Of a stretch of 64,000 bases of DNA, positions 22,495-33,854 are shown piece by piece. The stretch is taken from assembly GCA_965644315.1 (NCBI GenBank), contig CBFFRQ010000069.1:992001-1056000 (forward strand), read 5' to 3'. Position 1 is the stretch's first letter; each line of letters opens with the position of its first letter. The position numbers and the translations under genes were made by a program. The stretch comes from Caecitellus pseudoparvulus (lineage: Eukaryota; Protista; Bigyra: Bicosoecida). The notes under the pieces are model-generated. The model was not told where the DNA came from, did no database searches, and saw nothing but the letters and a program-made list of their open reading frames with translations.

Positions 22495-22511
22495 TTCTGC
22501 CCCACGACAGC

Positions 22512-25500
22512 TCAGTAGCCAGGCTGGCCGCCGTAGCCAGGCGCGCCATAGCCAGCAGGGGGAGGGGGGGCCATGCCCTGCGGGGCACCGTACGCGGGCT
22601 GAGCGTAGGGGTCGTGGTGGCCGGTCTGGGGGTTGTAGGCACCGTTCGTGAGGAGGGCAGGCCCGCCCATGCCGGGCGCAACGAGCCCAAAGGCGGCGGC
22701 GGCCGCAGCCTCAGACGCCTCGGTCTCGGCAGCGTGCTTCTTGGGCTTGGTGCGGTCATCCAGCGTCTGCATGAGCTCGGAGGAATCCTTGAGGAACTGC
22801 ACCATGTAGGGCATGACCTGGTCCAGGATGTTGTGGCTCCAGGCCAGCTCCAGGGCGACGTCGGGGCGCACCAGGTGGTAGCACGTGAACATGATGGCCG
22901 CGAAGGACTCCTTGTCGTCCTTCTCGATGAAGTGGCGCATGAGGTCCTCCACGAGGTCCTGGCTGCCAGACTCGGCAGCCGCCTCCACGGCATCCTGCAC
23001 CATGTTGTCGCTCTTGGACAGGTCGATGGAGGACTCGAAGCGCTTGTTGCGCTTGTACAGCAGGGCAGCGATGCGGCGAAACTCCAGCAGGTCGTGCTTG
23101 GAAAGGCGCTTGGCCAAGTCTAGCTGGTCGAAGGCGTCGTGGGCGTTGATGGACTCCCGCAGCGCCGCGAAGTCCTCGCACTCAATGTACGTGTCGTTGA
23201 TGGCCTCATTGACAGCCGTCAAGTTCTGGCTCTGCACGGAGCGCAGGTATGGCATGACCAGGGGCAGGTACTGCTCGTGCTTGCGCATGAAGTGCACGAC
23301 ACGGGAGTGGTCCAGGGTGGGCGTCAGCACGCGCAGGAGCTCCTCCAGGGACATGGGCTCCTCCTTCAAGTAGAAGTCGATGGCGACGTAGTGCAACTCA
23401 GTGTTGCGCACCTTCTGGATGATGTCCAGGAACTGCTCCCCGTTGAAGGCAGAGGGGGAGTGCTCCATCATAACCCGGACGGCAGAGTCGAACTCCTCCG
23501 TCGCCACGTGCATGTAGGCAGCCTCTGGCCACGCGCGGGCCTCCTCCACAGCCTTCAGCATGCGGGAGACGTTCATGCGGGGGGTGAAGGCGCGCACGTG
23601 CTTCATGAGCTTGCTGGGCTGGTGGCGGGAGTACTGCACGCCGAGCTCCGTGAAGATGCCCTTGTGTGTCTCTTCGCCGCTCTGCCCCAGCTCCAGCAGC
23701 TCGATGAGCTCCTCAAAGTGCCCACCAACCTCGTACACGTGCACGAGCTCGTCCAGGTGGTCAGGGGACACGATGACCTTCAGGCCAGCTGTCTGCGCCA
23801 GCCTGAACTCCAGTGCCTTGACGCACTCCTGGCATACGTACTGCCACGTGCGCAGGGAGTTGGCCTTCTTAGCGGCCTCCACAGCCTCCTTCAGCTCACC
23901 CAGGCGCACCAGCGTCATGGCCAGCTTGGCGTTGTTGGAGCAGTGGGTGTACAGGACCTTGGCGGCGGGGAACAGCGCCTCCTCGAAGCACCGGTCACCC
24001 ACCGTCTGGATGTCAGCGACGTTGGGGGAGGTGACGAAGGACTCCAGGTCAGCCAGGCGCCCGCCGCACAGGGCCAAGGAATACGCCAGCTCAGAGTCGA
24101 TGACGCGCTCCTTCTTCTCCTTGCGGGCCATCTGCAGGTACCGGACGAGGTCCTCGTGCTTGCCCTCTGCTGAGGCGACGTCGATGACGGAGCGGAAGTT
24201 CTCTGAGTCGTTGGCCTTGATGTAGGCATCCACAGCCTCCTTGACCATGGCCTGGGACAGCAGCGCCTCAGCGAGGGTGGACCACACCTCAGGCACGTTC
24301 ACCCGCTCGGCGTACTCCGAGGCGCGGTCAGTGTCCTGGATCTGGTGCAGCAAGACGCCGATGGCGGGCAGGTGGTTCTCGAACTTCTTGTAGATGGCGA
24401 AGGCCTCCTCAGTCAGCTGGTACTCGTCGCGCAGGGCGATCTCAGCGATCTCATCGCCGTCAAAGTTGTCCAGGCGGTTGATGTAGTCCATCACGCGGCC
24501 CTCCACTGCTGAGGGCAGGACAGAGCACTGGATGGCCGTGATGAGGAGCAGGTTCTGCAGGTTAGCGTTGTCCGCAAACTCGCCGCCGTGCAGCACCAGC
24601 TTCTCCAGCAAGCCAGCCAGCTCCTCTGGCAGCTCAGCAGCCATGAAGGCCTTCACCGTCACTGAAACGCGGTCAGGGTCGTGCGTCTCAGGCAGAGCCG
24701 TGGAGGTGACCTGGTCCACCACCTTGCCGCGGTGGGGGTTGCCGTCCTCCAAGACCACCTTCCACAGCTCAGGGTCCATCTTCTCCACAAGGTACCGTGC
24801 CTGGTCCTTGAACAGCCCGTTGGCGTTGGTGACCTCCAGCAGCTCCTCATCACACTCCCCGCCGGCGCGCTTGTACGCGAGGAAGGCGAGGTATGGGTCC
24901 ATGCGCTCGCAGTACTTGCCCAGGACACGGGAGTCGTAGAACTGGTTGTTCTTCAAGAACTGCTGGGGCTCCTTGTTCAGCGTGATGTAGATCTTGCCGA
25001 TGGCGTTGTGCGTAGAGGGGTCCTGGTCGCCCTCAGAGATGTTGGCCTCCAAGAACGGCTGCAGCAGGCGCAGGCGGTTGCGCTCCTCCACCACCGTCAC
25101 AAGCTCCTCCACAGAGCACTGGCGGCGCACGGCACCCAGGATGCGCTTGAGGAAGTCCTCGTCTGCGTCCAGGTCCAGCAGCTTGCCGATGACAGCGGGC
25201 GCATTCTGGGCGGAGACGGTGGACACGTACACCTCGATGAAGCGGTGCATGTGGCGCTTGTGCAGGTACTCTGTCAGCTCCTCCACGAAGCCGAAGCGGT
25301 CGCAGACGTGGATGAGGGGGCGGGGGTCCTTCAGCTCGCTCTCGATGAGGAAGGCCTTCACTGCCTCGGGGTCGTACACGGTGGAGTCCCGGCACACTCG
25401 CTCCACCTCGGGCCACTGCTGCAGCGCGGTGGCTGCCTGGATGTACTTCAAGTGCACCTCAGGCTCCTCAGACGTGTTCACGATGCCGCCCAAGTAGTAG

Positions 25501-27980
25501 AAGAGGCCGTTGGTGGCCTTGGCGTCCTCGAAGAGCTTGGCCAGGGCCACAGGGCCCAGCTGTTCGGAGTACTGCGTGGCGATCTTCACCACGACGGCCT
25601 CGTTGGCGCGGTTGGCTAGCAGCACGCCCAGGCACTCCAGTGCCATGTCGGGGGTGAGCGTGCCGAACCAGGACAGCCAGAAGGCCTCCCCAACGCCCTG
25701 AGCGCGGTTCAAGCAGCGCTTGATGTCCTCGATGTCCTCGTAGAACTGCAGCGCGCGGTTCACGAGGCCCTTCTGCTCGCACAGGCGCGCAATGGCGTTG
25801 TGGTCGAAGTGGTGCAGCGTGTCAGCCGCCAGGATGGCCTCAGCCACCTGGGGCGCGCCGCCCAGCAGGTTCATCTCCAGCAGCTTGGTCTGCAGGTACC
25901 CCTCGTCCGGGCGGTCGCCCTCCAGGGCGTCCAGGAGGAAGGACGTGCACTCCTGCAGGCGGCTCAGCTGCATGAAGATCTCCACCACGCGGTCCTTGGC
26001 GATGAGGGGCCCCTCGGGGTTCTTCACCAGGGTGGACGCCAGCTCCTGTGCCTTCTTGGGGTCGCGGTGCGCCAGGCTCTGCACGAGGGACTCGTAGTTG
26101 GGGCTGACACCGTGCCGGCGGGCGTAAGGCAGGATCTTGTCTGCCTCGCCATTGGCGGCAAAGGACTGGATGACCTTCTCGTGGGAGCCGCCCGAGTCGA
26201 CGTAGATGCGCTGGGCCAGCGCGGCATCGTACTGGCCTGCCAGGTCACCCAGCTCCTCGCTGCACGTCAGCTTGCCCTCCGTCAGCCACTTGTCCAGGAG
26301 GGCTGCCCGGCCCTGCCCCAGCGCTGTGCGGGCGAGCTCAATGCTCTCCACCTTGTTCATGCGGCCTGCGCGCATGAGTGCGGCGAAGTACTGCATGAGA
26401 GGCGCCTGGGAGCCAGGCGTCGCGGGCATGGCTTGCAGGCGGGCGATGGTCTCGGCGTTGCGCAGGACGTCCCCTGGGGACTTGGCGGCCACCCCGGCGG
26501 CGCCGGCGATGTCCCCTGCCGACAGCTTGGCGTTGAAGTCTGCTGCGTACAGGTCGTCTGCGCCAGCCAGGCCCAGGCGGCCAGCCAGGGACATGGCCAG
26601 GGCAGTGTTGCCCAGCTTGCTGCTGATGTAGGACACGACGTTGGACTTGTCCAAGGTGGTCAGCAGCAGGGTGCCGGTCTTGGCGGTGAGGGCCACGACG
26701 CCACCAGACGCTTCGTGTGCGGACGCGGCGAAGATGGGCGCATCAGCCGCCTGGGCCCGGAAGATGACGGTGGCGGAGGGCATGTCCACGACGAAGACGT
26801 ACCCCATGCGGGTGAAGATGTACAGGAGGCCCTGGGAGTTGGAGGCGTGCATGGCGGTGGGGAAGTCCCCTGCCGTGCCCTCAGCAGCGGGCAGGGTGAT
26901 GCCCTGCTTGCGGAAGGCCTCGCCAGCCGCGCCGGGTGCCCGGTCCACTTCCAGCATGGTCAGGGAGGGCGCTGAGCCGGCCTTGAGCTCCACGAAGGCG
27001 AAGACGTTGGCAGTGTCAGAGCGGCCCTCAGGCGTGATGGTGGCGAAGCAGCCACAAGGTGCCTCCAGGGCCTGGCTCTTGCCCTTCTCAACGTTGAAGA
27101 GCTGCAGGGCACCTGCGGCACCAGCCGAGGTGCGCTTGAGGCCACTGGTCATGAGCCACTTGCCGTTGGGTGAGGCGGAGTAGTGCATGATGGTGGCACC
27201 CTCCAGAGACGCATGGCGGTCGCAGACCTTGGAAGGGGCCGACGAGTCTGTGCAAGGGTGGGCCGGGTTCGCGTGTTGGGGAGGTTGAGCGGCGCCAGCG
27301 CGGGCAGTGCACCTGCACTTCCGCGCAGTGTCCTGGCGTTCGAGGCTTCCTTCGCCACGGCGGCGCGCGTCGGCGCACCACGCGAGACGAGGCAGGGAAA
27401 CCACGAGCACAAAGGAGAATATGGTGCCGTGTGCGGAGCAGCAGCTGCAGGGGACGTACCAGACCGGTTCCAGTGAAACACCGACTTGCCAGTCACGATG
27501 GCCAGCGTGTCCTCGTTGGCGAACTTGATGAACTGGGGCTCCTCAGTCAGCTTGGCCCCCTTGATCTTGGAGCCCATCTCCAAGTTCTGCAGCTGCAGGG
27601 CATTCTTGACTGCACAGGGGCGCAGGGTGGGCGACGCGTGCTGTGGGTTCAGCGCCAGCCCTGGCGTGGTGGTGGCGGGGGTGTCAGTGCCTGCCCTTGC
27701 ACTCACTGCGCACAGCCAGCACCTTGGCATCTGGAGACAGCGTGGCGCCATCTGCAGCGACATTCAGCTTGTTGCCTACTCGGCCAGCAGCGGTGTCGAT
27801 GATAGTAATGCTGCGCTCAGGGGTGGTGGTCAGCACGGCGATGGCATTGCCAGAGGACATGCTGCACGTCTTGAAGCTGCAGTCAGCGGCCTGGATCCCA
27901 AAGTTTGTCAGCGAAAAGGCTGATCGCAGCTGGATGGGGCTGCCGGCGGGCAGGCTGCCCGCGCCCGTGGCGGCTGCCAT
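22512..27980 (-). CDS. CLTC: Clathrin heavy chain
   Basis: Terminal domain (PIQLRSAFSLTNFGI; DRHASL), KLTCSEELGDL, LQTKLLEMNL, DPRPLIHVCDRFGFV, EERNRLRLL, NLQNLLLITAI, LLEFRRIAA and RPDVALELAW. Two 5' introns at about 27609-27707 and 27249-27458. Confidence 0.98.
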
Positions 27981-28198
27981 GGTGCAAGCTGCCTGAACGG
28001 GGTGGACACAGGTGAAACGCAACCTCGCGCTTCGGGCGCCAAGCGTGCTCTCACGTCACAGGGTGACAAGCACGCAGACGAGAGCAGAAGTTGGGCACTG
28101 TGCAACTCCTTTCGCTTGAAAGTGTGGCGGGGGGAATGAATGTCACGGGCTGTTGGGGCCACCCGCCGCCGGCCTGTGTGATCTGCATTTCCGCACCC

Positions 28199-31000
28199 TC
28201 AACCACGCAACAACACGCCGCCCTCAGATTGGAATCGAGAGTTCAACTCCTGAATCACCCCGGGCACGCGGTGCTCGGGTAAAGCCCGTAGCCTTCGCAC
28301 CAGCTGGCCAAGGGGCCCCTCTTCTGCTGGGTTCGTGTCCGGGGCTGGCCACTGCGTGGGGGTGGAGTGCTTCGTACCCGAGCTGGCTGGGGAATCTGGC
28401 TCTGCACTCGCCGGCACGTCCTCTTCCGCTGCTCTGCGCTCCCCCGCACTGCGCATGTTCTCCAAATACGCACGGCGTGCCGTGATGGCCGCGGTCACCT
28501 CGGGTGGCTCGTCTGACACGGCGCCGATGCCCAGCAGGACACACAAGCACAAGTGCTCCAACGCGATGCAGACTGCGAGCCAGGCCCACCAGGGCAGCTG
28601 CATGTCCGCCACAAACACCCCCGAGCCACCAGCAGCACCTGGCTGCGGTGCGACGTTCCCCAAGGCCCAGTGCGTGGCTGCCACCCCCATGCCCCGCAGC
28701 GTGTCTTGAGCCAGACACGCTGACAGCAGCGCCAGCAACGCCCCACCCCTGCCGAAGAGCAGCCCCACGATGAGGTGCAGGCCCCGCAGCGCCCACGTGA
28801 CGGCGCCCGTGAGCAGGGGCAGGGCCGGGGACACGCATGCCTGGGCCAGGAATACCAGGCCCTGCCCGCAAGCGGACATGAGGTCCCAGCCGTGTGGCAC
28901 CGTCCCCGCCTCCCCCGCATCAGCCGCCAGCTTGGCCAGGTGCAGGGCGGGGCCTGCTTCAGCGTACGCCACTGCGACGGCGCCGAGATTCGTCAGCACA
29001 GCAAGGAAGCCGACAGCAGCAAAAGCCAAGTTCCACGCGTGCTGGGAAGTGGGCGGGGCCGGGCGTGGGCGGCGGGACAGCAGCACCTTGCTGGCGTCTG
29101 CCACCATCTCCACGGCGTTGTTGAGCACGGCAAACAGCGCGCCGGTGGGGTACACCACTGCAAACAGCACTACATGCACGTACTGCACGAACATCTCCAG
29201 GGTGTCCTCGAAGGGGTCGTAGGGGGTGAGGGCTGCCTGCCTTGCAGCGGCGGTGGCTGAGCAGCTGGCCGTGTGTTGCAGGCGCGGCGAGGTGGAGGTT
29301 CCTGGCTCTGCCAGGCCCACTGCCTCAGCCACACGGTCCACTGCACGCCCGTGGCCTGCCCCGCGTGTCGCGAGGCAGGCTTTGGCGTAGGGCAGCAGCG
29401 TCATGCCCATCTCCACGAAGGAGAGCGCGACCGCCTTCACCACCAGGGCCACGAACAAGCGCTGGCGCAGCACTGCGAGGTCTTGCCGGACAAAGGCGGC
29501 ATACAGGAGCCCGACGGTGTAGTTGAAGAAGACAAGGAGGATGCGTTTGAGCAGGAGGGAGGTGGTGTAGGCGGTGCAGCTGTGGTGGTTCTCAAACTCA
29601 CTTGTCCACCGCGCCACAATAAAGGAGAGCGAGGTGAGGGCAGGCAGGAGGGCGGTGTACCCGATGGTGGGCGCGAGGGACAGGAGAGTGACTGCCCACG
29701 GCGGCAGCTCCCCCACAAAGTCGTCTTCTCCCCCGCCCGCGGTAGCACCGTCGGCAGGTGCGGGTTCGCCGCGTCGTTTCCACACGCCCGAGGCGGAGTC
29801 CTGCACCCAGAACTGCGTGATTTCTTCCTCTGTGTACTGCTGCAAGTACTCAAACACCACCATACAGGCAGTGGCAGCGAGGAGCAGGCCTGCCATGACA
29901 GGCAGCGTGACGCACAGCACGCGGGCGCTGCGAAGAACCGGGTGCTCGTGCACTGTCACGTGCCCGAAGGGGTCTGTCTCCTCCACTGTGCGGAGGCACG
30001 GCAGGGACAGCGGCGCGTACTGCGCCCTGCTGCTGTCTGCCTCGGCGTCTTTGGCTTGGGAACCCCAGTTGAAGGCGAGCGCCGTGTGGCGACGCCGCCA
30101 CAGCTTCTGCACCACTCCCAGCCACACGACGACCAGCACGACAAAGAGCACGGAGGCGCCCCCTGCCACGCCAGCAGCAGCCACGAGGCGGGGCGAGTGT
30201 GGGCCAGGCACCAGGGACAGAGCGTCCCTGCCACTGCCCTGCAGGAAGGCCACTGCCAGCCCCATGCCAGCCAAGGGCAGCAGTGCCGACCTGTAAAAGC
30301 CCAGCCAGGCAAAGTACATGGCAACATGGGCGCCGAAGTACTCCCGCATGTGCTCGATGGGGCGCGAGCAGGGCGACGCCACCCAGCGCTGCTGCAGAGC
30401 TGCACGGCTTGGTAGATCGTGCAGCGGGTACAGGTCCACGAGCGCACCCTGGTCCACGCCATTTGAGGCCAGGCGCACAGCTGCACGGGCCCGGTGCACT
30501 GCCGCAGATGAGGACAGGAGGCCCTTCAAGGAGGAGCCCAGCGCCCCGCGAGCACTGGTGGCCTGCAGACGCCTGGACACCTGCACGCGGTCCAGCAGGC
30601 TGGCCAGCAGAGTGAGGCGCTCAGAGGGCGAGAAGAACTCTGGAGCAGCAGAGGCAAAGTGGAGGGCGTTGAGGCGTGTCATGGGCGCGGCGATGCCGTG
30701 GTACCGTGTCTCCTTCTCCCACCGCACCGCCTGGGCCTCCTGCACCAGGATGCTGTGTGGCGCTGTGACAATGAACCCAGTTCGACTTGCGTCCCCTCCG
30801 ACCTCCCCTGGGAGGCGCTCCAGGTGCAGTCCCCGGGCACGCAGGCGCTGGATGATTTGTGATGGCCGGGCTAGGTCTTGGCGGCCAGCGTACGTGTCGT
30901 TGAGGATGGCATCCTTGTGAAACACAAGCACATAGGCGGCGCTGCCATGCTGCTGCTCCTGCTCGGCACTTCGGCAACAGCTGCACCAGCCTTGCAGCAT
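28199..31000 (-). CDS. Anoctamin/TMEM16 family channel-scramblase (ANO10-like)
   Basis: LYPLHD, PIEHMREYFGAHVAMYFAWLGFY, FENH, DTLEMFVQY, LFAVVYPTGALFAVLNNAVE..D..K and IALEH. Confidence 0.92.
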   Translation of the reverse strand: MLQGWCSCCRSAEQEQQHGSAAYVLVFHKDAILNDTYAGRQDLARPSQIIQRLRARGLHLERLPGEVGGDASRTGFIVTAPHSILVQEAQAVRWEKETRYHGIAAPMTRLNALHFASAAPEFFSPSERLTLLASLLDRVQVSRRLQATSARGALGSSLKGLLSSSAAVHRARAAVRLASNGVDQGALVDLYPLHDLPSRAALQQRWVASPCSRPIEHMREYFGAHVAMYFAWLGFYRSALLPLAGMGLAVAFLQGSGRDALSLVPGPHSPRLVAAAGVAGGASVLFVVLVVVWLGVVQKLWRRRHTALAFNWGSQAKDAEADSSRAQYAPLSLPCLRTVEETDPFGHVTVHEHPVLRSARVLCVTLPVMAGLLLAATACMVVFEYLQQYTEEEITQFWVQDSASGVWKRRGEPAPADGATAGGGEDDFVGELPPWAVTLLSLAPTIGYTALLPALTSLSFIVARWTSEFENHHSCTAYTTSLLLKRILLVFFNYTVGLLYAAFVRQDLAVLRQRLFVALVVKAVALSFVEMGMTLLPYAKACLATRGAGHGRAVDRVAEAVGLAEPGTSTSPRLQHTASCSATAAARQAALTPYDPFEDTLEMFVQYVHVVLFAVVYPTGALFAVLNNAVEMVADASKVLLSRRPRPAPPTSQHAWNLAFAAVGFLAVLTNLGAVAVAYAEAGPALHLAKLAADAGEAGTVPHGWDLMSACGQGLVFLAQACVSPALPLLTGAVTWALRGLHLIVGLLFGRGGALLALLSACLAQDTLRGMGVAATHWALGNVAPQPGAAGGSGVFVADMQLPWWAWLAVCIALEHLCLCVLLGIGAVSDEPPEVTAAITARRAYLENMRSAGERRAAEEDVPASAEPDSPASSGTKHSTPTQWPAPDTNPAEEGPLGQLVRRLRALPEHRVPGVIQELNSRFQSEGGVLLRG

Positions 31001-31247
31001 GGTGCGCAGGGGCTGTCTCAGGCGGGGATGAGGCAATCAGCTATCAGGCTGCACACGGGTGTCGCCGCAAGGGCTTCGTTCAGGGCCTGGCTTTGGCGGC
31101 GAAAGTGCAGGCTGGCGCTGCGGAAATTGCGACACGCCACAGTTAGGCGGACCAGGCTTGCCAGGTGGCTGGAGGGGGAAACGTGACACATGAATTTGAT
31201 CGCGAGACAATGTAACATGCCCACACATGCTAAGGGGATTTGTTCAA

Positions 31248-32528
31248 TCACGTGGGGAGGGCTGGGGGCGCTTCAGGGTGCTCCTCTGCAGCCTCTTCAA
31301 ACTGCAGCTGGAGGTAGCTGTCCACACTCGTGCGGCACATGGGGCACTGGGACAAGTTCGGGAAGCAGACGTGGCAGACGGCCATGTGGCGACATGGGAG
31401 CAGCACAATGTCCTTGCGCTCAGTGAGGCAGACGACGCACTCGTCCTCGCCGTCCCCGTGGCCGTATACGCTCTGCAGCTCAAAGCAGGCTGTGTCGGTG
31501 CTGCTGAGAACGGTGCTGTGTAGCTTGGCAGTGGGCTGTGCAGGGCTGTCATCGACGTCTACATCCGCAAGAATCCAGTGGCCCTCCTCTGTGCCGACCA
31601 TCAGCAACAGCACCACAGGCACGCGGCCGCTGCGCTCAGCACACACGCCCTTCAAACCCTCAGCAACTGAACCCGGCGACGCCGCCGACGGCTCCCACTT
31701 GTTCATATCCAACAGCACCTTTGGCTCCACACTCAGCTGCAACGGGTAGCACCCCCCTTCTTCTGCACATTGAACTGGCCCCGCAGAGTCAATGGCCAGG
31801 CACGCTCGCCGCAGGGCAGAAGCCAGGCCGGGCGGCAGTTGCTGCAGTGGCTCCTCTGCCGCAGGCTGCACGTCAGCCGTGGCTTGCAGGCGGACGAACG
31901 AAGCGTCAGTCGGCGGCGTGGGGGGCGGCAGTGTCAGCCGTTGCTGCGAGGACGTGGACGCTTTGCTGGTGGCTGAGCCCTGTCGCTCAGCTTCGCCTCG
32001 AGGCGTCAGCGCCAGCTGCGCCGCTGCTGCCAGGCCGCCGTGCAACAGGGCGTCCAGGAAGTCGTGGTGCAAGCCGTACAGCACGAGTTGTACAGGGGGC
32101 TCCTCACAGTCCAAACTTGAACGCAGCGTCAAAGCAGCGGGTGCCGGTTGGGCAGCGCCGTCGGCAGCCTCCGTGGCCTGCTCTGCGCCAAGCACCAGCG
32201 TTGGCTGGGTGACTTCCCCCACTGCCCCGCGCAGGTGGACTGAAGCGACGAGGGTGGGGGACGTCCTGGACTGACTCTGCAGCATCTGGTTCAAGTGCAC
32301 CCTGCGCAGGTGCCGGGCCACGTTGAGCAGGCCGCCGACTCCCTGCACCATGGCTAGTTTGTCGGTGCAGAGGGCCAGCCACAGGTGCCGCACGGCGTTG
32401 ATGCGCTGTGCCACAGACACTGTCCACAAGGCCAAGGCGATGCAGGCGACGATAAAAAGACCAGTGTTGGCATCAGGCAGGATGTAGCCAGGCGCGAACC
32501 CGGCAAGGGTCGAGGCTGACTCAGCCAT
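31248..32528 (-). CDS. Membrane-anchored RING-HC (C3HC4_3) E3 ligase, CGRRF1/MGRN1-like
   Basis: N-terminal TM helix. C-terminal FELQSVYG..ECVVCLTERKDIVLLPCRHMAVCHVC...CPMCR. Confidence 0.85.
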   Translation of the reverse strand: MAESASTLAGFAPGYILPDANTGLFIVACIALALWTVSVAQRINAVRHLWLALCTDKLAMVQGVGGLLNVARHLRRVHLNQMLQSQSRTSPTLVASVHLRGAVGEVTQPTLVLGAEQATEAADGAAQPAPAALTLRSSLDCEEPPVQLVLYGLHHDFLDALLHGGLAAAAQLALTPRGEAERQGSATSKASTSSQQRLTLPPPTPPTDASFVRLQATADVQPAAEEPLQQLPPGLASALRRACLAIDSAGPVQCAEEGGCYPLQLSVEPKVLLDMNKWEPSAASPGSVAEGLKGVCAERSGRVPVVLLLMVGTEEGHWILADVDVDDSPAQPTAKLHSTVLSSTDTACFELQSVYGHGDGEDECVVCLTERKDIVLLPCRHMAVCHVCFPNLSQCPMCRTSVDSYLQLQFEEAAEEHPEAPPALPT

Positions 32529-32681
32529 GCTGTGGCAGGGCGAGGCTCAGGTGCGGATTTTGTTGTGCAGAGCAGCCCACGTGTGCGGGCCAGTGCCACG
32601 AGACAGTGTCCTGCGGGGAGACTGGGGCAGCAGGCACTCGCACCGCTCATGTAGCATGGAGTGTGTGCATTGCGCGGCACG

Positions 32682-33491
32682 TCATTTTTGCTTTGCGTCG
32701 GCCTTTTCCATGGCTTCCTTGCCCTTGAAGGCGACGCCGACCATGGTGGAGAACCACCAAATGTTCAGGCCCGACAGCACGGCGTTGCAGGCGAGGAACA
32801 TGATGTACACGGGCAGGGAGTGGTAGGTGCCATCAGCCAAGTGTGTCAGCATGTCAGCCCACCAGAAGGCGGAGGTGCTGAGCCCGACCACGATGCGGCT
32901 GAGGAAGAAGGCCAAGGCGAAGACCAGAGTCACAGCGGTGAACGCATCGGGGTGGCTCTTCGCATAGCCAAAGGACAGCATGACCTTGCGCAGGTGCAGA
33001 AAGGGGGTGGAGGCTTCGTACAGCAGGCAGACGCAGGCCATGTAGGGCAGGAAGCCGTATAGGCCTGCAGTGTACACCGCCAGCACCGCCACGCCGTGCA
33101 CGAAGTAGGCCACCCCCCACCCTTCCAGCGTGCAGGTGATGACGTCCCACGTGAAGAAGCCCACCGCGGGGGCCACCAGCCAGTGCAGTACCAGAGGATG
33201 CTTGGCATAGAACTCATGCGCATCCAGCCCCTCAAAGGCCAGGACGTACCCAGCCATGCCTGACGCGTACAGCGCGAAGAGAGTCCCCATCACCCGAGTG
33301 CGCAAGGAAGCGTAGTCTTCCTTCTTGGAATTCTCCACGATCCACTTGGTCAGGCCCGGGGCAAGGGCAGGCACCACGGTGTCCAAGGCCACTTGAAGCC
33401 CAAAGAACACGCCCACCCACACCGCAAGCAGCGGCGCGTTGTCCACAACTGGCTGAACGAGGGCAGCATGAAGCCCTACATCATGCACCAT
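32682..33491 (-). CDS. TLC-domain membrane protein (TLCD4/TMEM56-like), intronless
   Basis: GFFTWD, YFVHG, LLYEASTPFLH, FFLSRI and LNIWWF motifs. Confidence 0.88.
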   Translation of the reverse strand: MVHDVGLHAALVQPVVDNAPLLAVWVGVFFGLQVALDTVVPALAPGLTKWIVENSKKEDYASLRTRVMGTLFALYASGMAGYVLAFEGLDAHEFYAKHPLVLHWLVAPAVGFFTWDVITCTLEGWGVAYFVHGVAVLAVYTAGLYGFLPYMACVCLLYEASTPFLHLRKVMLSFGYAKSHPDAFTAVTLVFALAFFLSRIVVGLSTSAFWWADMLTHLADGTYHSLPVYIMFLACNAVLSGLNIWWFSTMVGVAFKGKEAMEKADAKQK

Positions 33492-33854
33492 GGCTGTGGG
33501 GCAAGCGGAGGGGCCAGGGGGTGCGGGCACGCTAACCGAAGCGGAATGCGCCCAGCCAGTCACATGGCCCTGCACGCAGAAAGCCACCGGGAGGAGCACA
33601 CCAAGGCAGGGCAGGCAGAGGGGGCATATTTGAACACGTTCCCCTAGGCTTGCAGGTCGTGTGCGCTCTGACACCCTCACCTGACGTGCCAAGGGACCAC
33701 ACTGCGGGGATAGAGGGAAGCAGAATCCGCAGTGGCTCTGCTTCGCGTTGCTGGGGCAAGGGTGCACGGCGCAAGCGCGGGCAGCCGCACTCTGCGAGTC
33801 TGAATCAGACCACGTTTGGGTGGCAGATAATTTGCATTTCCTCGAGCAATGAGA

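Noticed and set aside
27249-27410. ORF-track N-terminus of clathrin (MLVVSLPR...)
   Set aside because: This is intron read-through; the true N-terminal exons lie upstream, up to 27980.
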